A DNA stretch of 64,000 nucleotides from the NCBI GenBank assembly GCA_977017575.1, contig CDRNVI010000189.1:37247-101246 (forward strand). The letters are read 5' to 3'. Position 1 is the first letter of the stretch, and the number at the start of each line of letters is the position of its first letter. Under the pieces are notes generated by a model. That model had not been told where the DNA came from and did not search any database. It saw nothing but the letters and a program-made list of their open reading frames with translations. The position numbers were made by a program, and so were the translations under genes. Shown piece by piece: positions 60,184 through 64,000 of the stretch. The DNA is from Paramoeba atlantica. Its lineage: Eukaryota > Protista > Discosea.

Positions 60184-63100
60184 ATGGAAGAATCTTTTGA
60201 AGATTTTTCTGATTTAGACACCTTTTCCATTTGTCGAAGAGAGGATGAAGAAGGAGAGTCTTTTGCAGTTTTTGATCAAAAAGGAAAGAAACTTGGAGGT
60301 TTGTTTTTTTCTTTTTCTCGTTTCTCCGAAAAAATTTCTTTTCTTGGAAAAACTAATTTTTTTTTTTGTGTGAGATTAGCTGTTGCGGTTCGTTTGTTTC
60401 AGAAATTTTGTCGTCGAGTGAAACATCATCCAGAAGATGTCTATCTCAAAGTCGATTTGTCAGGTCTTTTTCTTTTTCATCTTAAGGTGTCCGGGGGGGG
60501 TTTGGTTTCTTTTTCTCTCTCTCTTTTCTTTACTCAAAAAAAGTTTTTCTTTTTTGTTTTGTTTTAGATAATCACTTAACCAATTCAGAACTCCCGCTCC
60601 TCACCACAGTGGTGAGGGAGTACCCGTTTATTCGTTCACTTAATTTAACAAAAAACAAATTCAATTCTGAGTATGTTTTTTCTTTTTTCTTTTTTTTTTT
60701 TTTGAATTATTAATTTGGAGAGCGAGACTGTTTGTTATCTGTTGATGTTTTTCTTCTTCCTCTCTTTTTTTTTTTTTTTTATCTCTCTCTTTTCATTAAA
60801 CATTTTCCTTTAAAGTAAATTGGCACCATTATTGGAGGCTATCGCAAACAAACTCTACCATTTAGAAGAGTTGTTGATCGACAAAGGAGGTTCAGTTGAA
60901 CGTATTCTAAAAGGGCTTCTTTCTAGTAATCGATCTTTTCGCCTTGTAAGATTTTTTTTCTTTTTTCTTTTTTCTTTTTTCTTTTCTTTTTTCTCTTTGA
61001 TTATTGAAGTGGGATAACTGAATCAGGCACGAGAGGGAAAAATTGCTGAAGTTCGATTTGAAAATCGAAAATTATCAAAGTTCCCCCAAATCACCAAATT
61101 AAATCTCTTGACACACCTTTCCTTAGCCCATAATTCCCTCAGAAATATCCCTTCTTCCGTCGGTAATCTTATTCATCTCCAGGTAAACTTTTAATTTGAA
61201 AAAAGAAGAAGGAAAGAGAATGTTAAATTTAAAAACCAGTTTTTATTGTTGAGCCACAACAAGATCTCAACCCTCAGTCCTGCAATATCTCTTTTAAAAG
61301 GTCTGTTTTTTCTCTAAAACAAAATTGTGTTGTATTTTTTTTCTTGAGAGAGAACTGATTTTTTCTTGATAGAACTCCGTGTTCTCAAGTTAGACTCAAA
61401 TCGTCTCCGGCGTATTCCTCCTGAAATTGGTATATTTAATTTGTTGCCTTTTTTTTTACTTCATTTTCAAAGACCTTTGAGGCTTCTTTGGGTTTTTTTT
61501 ATGGGACTCAAAATTTTTTTTTAAAAGGTTTATTACCCAACCTCGAATCAATTGACTTCTCGAACAATTCTTTGAAACGAGTTCCAATTGCCGTTGCCTT
61601 GTTTATCAAGAAAGTCAATGCTCTGAATACTTTTTCAAGCAAGGGATTTGAAGAACAGAGCAAAAAGAAAGTTGAGCCTGAAGTTTTTCACCACTTTATA
61701 AAAAGTAATCCCGTTCATCTTCGTTTTAACGGTTTTGACTCAGGTTTTTTCAACATTCTCGTAATTTTTGATATTTTCTTTGATCGGATCTCATTGTGAG
61801 CAACACCCCCACAGAATGTAGTAGTAATAGCGATACCTCATCAAGTAACAAAAAGGCTCGCTTTTTTTCAGACGAAGAATCATGCTCGGATGATTCATAC
61901 GAGATTCTTAAAGTCGAGCGTTGTGATTCACATTCGACCCAATTTGATGAACACACAATCGCACACTTCTTACACCGGGAAATTCACGAAGAAAAGAGTT
62001 TTTATGAGTCCCAAGATTTTGGGTACAACGTCGACCAACAGCGGAGGAGAGAAATTCAACTAATTGGAAAGAAAATTGTAAGCAATGCTGAAGGTTTTTT
62101 TTTGTGTTATTTTTTTTTTGGGAGGGAGGGGGGGGGGAAGAGATATTTTCTGTTTTTTTACTAAACTTTTTTAACCCCTTAAGATTTTGTGAATCATTTT
62201 GTGCTCGTGGCGTTGAACTTGTGGAAGAATCGAAGTGGTCCAAGTGATCCAGGATATAACTCTTTTCTCTCATCCATTTTTCGATTGTTTGATCCTTCTA
62301 CCAACCACCATTTGATGCCTCTCGCCGAAATTGTTGAACAAGATCAAGAAGAACATTCCTCACATGAAGAACATCACTCACATGAAGAACATCACTCACA
62401 TGAAGAACATCACTCACATAGATTTCATTTGTTCAAGAAGAAGGGTCATCGCCATCACAAAAAGGCGAGAACAAGTTCGAGTTTGATTGAGTTAGGTGCC
62501 ACCAAGAAGGGAACACCAACACCACCAACAACGAAATTTCAGGAATACCATGACTCAAACCTTCTTTTTATTTTTGAGGGAGCAATGGATGTGTATTTGA
62601 AACACCTTTCCCAATTGTCTCTTTTGTTTCGATCTGATTGTTTGCTAGCCAACTTCATTCATTTATACATCAGGAGAGAGGGGGCAAAGTATCTTGATTT
62701 TCTATTTGCCCCCTTTTTTGCGATGGTTGTGATGGATGGTCATGTTGTTGACCTCAACGCTTCTTCAACAAGGAAAGTGCGTTCCATATCAGTAGATTCT
62801 CATCACCAATTCATGTCTTCCATTTCTGACTTAAAGCAGAAAAAAAAGAAAAGGGTGATAACTCCTCCTCCTCCTGCTACTAGTGTTGGTGTTGGGACAG
62901 AAGAAGAAGAATTCGTTTCTGAAGCAACAGACAACTCTGATCCTTGTGAAAAAACTTCTCAATCTTTGTTGTGGAAAAACCAAGAGAGGTTTACCTGGAT
63001 ATGTCGGTCCTTTCTCTCCCGACTCTATAGCACTGTCCACCTCATTCCCCCTTCCATTCGCTCACTACTTCGTGGGATTGTTGACATAACTTGTCAGAGA

Positions 63101-63712
63101 TTTAATGAACCTGAGACACCTAATGTTGTTTTAAGTGGGATTTTTTTCTTGAGGTTTCTGTGTCCCGAGTTTTTGGAGAGAAAACAGCAGGTTGAGAAGG
63201 AAATTGTGAACGAAGGGAATTTGGAGCAAATTCGGTCTACTTGTTTGCATTTTGTGAAGTTTTTGCAACATTTAGCCAATGGAAACTCAGAGTTTGTGGG
63301 AGAAATGCAGTTTTGTGGACTTTTGGTTGAACAAGGGATTTCTAAGATGCATTCTTTTTTTCGTGATTTGATTTCTGTTGATACTCCTCCGGTTCAATTC
63401 GATTTTTCTTCTTGGTTTCGAGATGTACAGGTTTTTGTGATTTTTGTGATTTTTATTTTTTTTGTCTCCATTTTTTTTCTTTCGAATTATTGAACCTTTG
63501 AATGACAATTCAATAAATAGATCCAACGTGTGCTTCCGAAACCACAAGAACATCCAACCACCTTTGGTGATGCGATCAATGTGTTTGCTGATATCCTTCA
63601 CGGTGTTCCTTCTGAAAAAGAAGCCGACTTTGTGATTGAAAGTGATCTTGTGATGTTACAACTTTTGGCGAAAGGAATGGTTTCTCAAATCGAGGAGGTA
63701 ATAAAAGAGTAA
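60184..63712 (+). CDS. LRR plus RasGAP protein (multi-exon)
   Basis: LRRs (LSLAHNSLRNIP, LLLSHNKISTL, LKLDSNRLRRIPPEIG); RasGAP LLFRSD (Arg finger), GAKYL, GIFFLRFLCP and VKFLQHLAN. Confidence 0.88.
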
Positions 63713-64000
63713 TCTTCAACAACCCGCGAGCTGTTTCTTTCAAAAAGTTTCATTCAGAAAAACCTTTTCCTCAAAAGTACCTTTTTTAGCATCTCAAAAC
63801 GCTTTTTTTTTGAGAAAAGCGCGTGGAGATGTCACTGAAAACTGTCGTGTTTTTCGTGAAAAATGCCTGACATAACTATTTTGTTGTCAGCAACATTTCC
63901 CTCTGTTTTTCAGTCGGAGTTGGTGTGATCTTTCAAGAAAAAAAAAGGCGTGACTCCCCAGCTATTTTGGTTCGTTCGTGTGCAAGGTCCACGCACCACA

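Noticed and set aside
1-64000. rRNA, tRNA (including tRNA-Sec) or retroelement genes
   Set aside because: None recognisable by eye; tRNAscan-SE or Infernal would be needed to exclude small RNAs formally.

Overview
AT-rich, intron-dense eukaryotic DNA with short GT-AG introns and long homopolymer and microsatellite tracts. The gene content (RasGAP/RasGEF, TKL-type kinase, CaMK, SGTA, eIF3k, REV1) suggests a free-living amoebozoan-like protist; this is an inference. Most ORF-track entries are exon fragments or shadow ORFs. By manual splicing I reconstruct about 20 genes. Highlights: (1) two inverted copies of an intronless iodothyronine-deiodinase-like gene, each with an in-frame TGA at the catalytic Sec position and an identical type II SECIS in the 3' UTR; (2) a ~9 kb gene that appears to fuse a degenerate G-alpha-like domain, a TKL pseudokinase, five acyl-carrier-protein-like repeats and a C-terminal fatty acyl-AMP ligase; (3) a protein with four RasGAP(-like) domains plus C2 and DEP; (4) a CaMK fused to a bacterial-type GNAT; (5) a second inverted duplication, of a BBE-like FAD oxidase, and a pair of surface proteins sharing an unrecognised N-terminal domain; (6) an intron-containing GH44 glucanase. 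I saw no rRNA, tRNA, CRISPR or transposase. All exon structures and family calls come from motif recognition by eye, not database searches.
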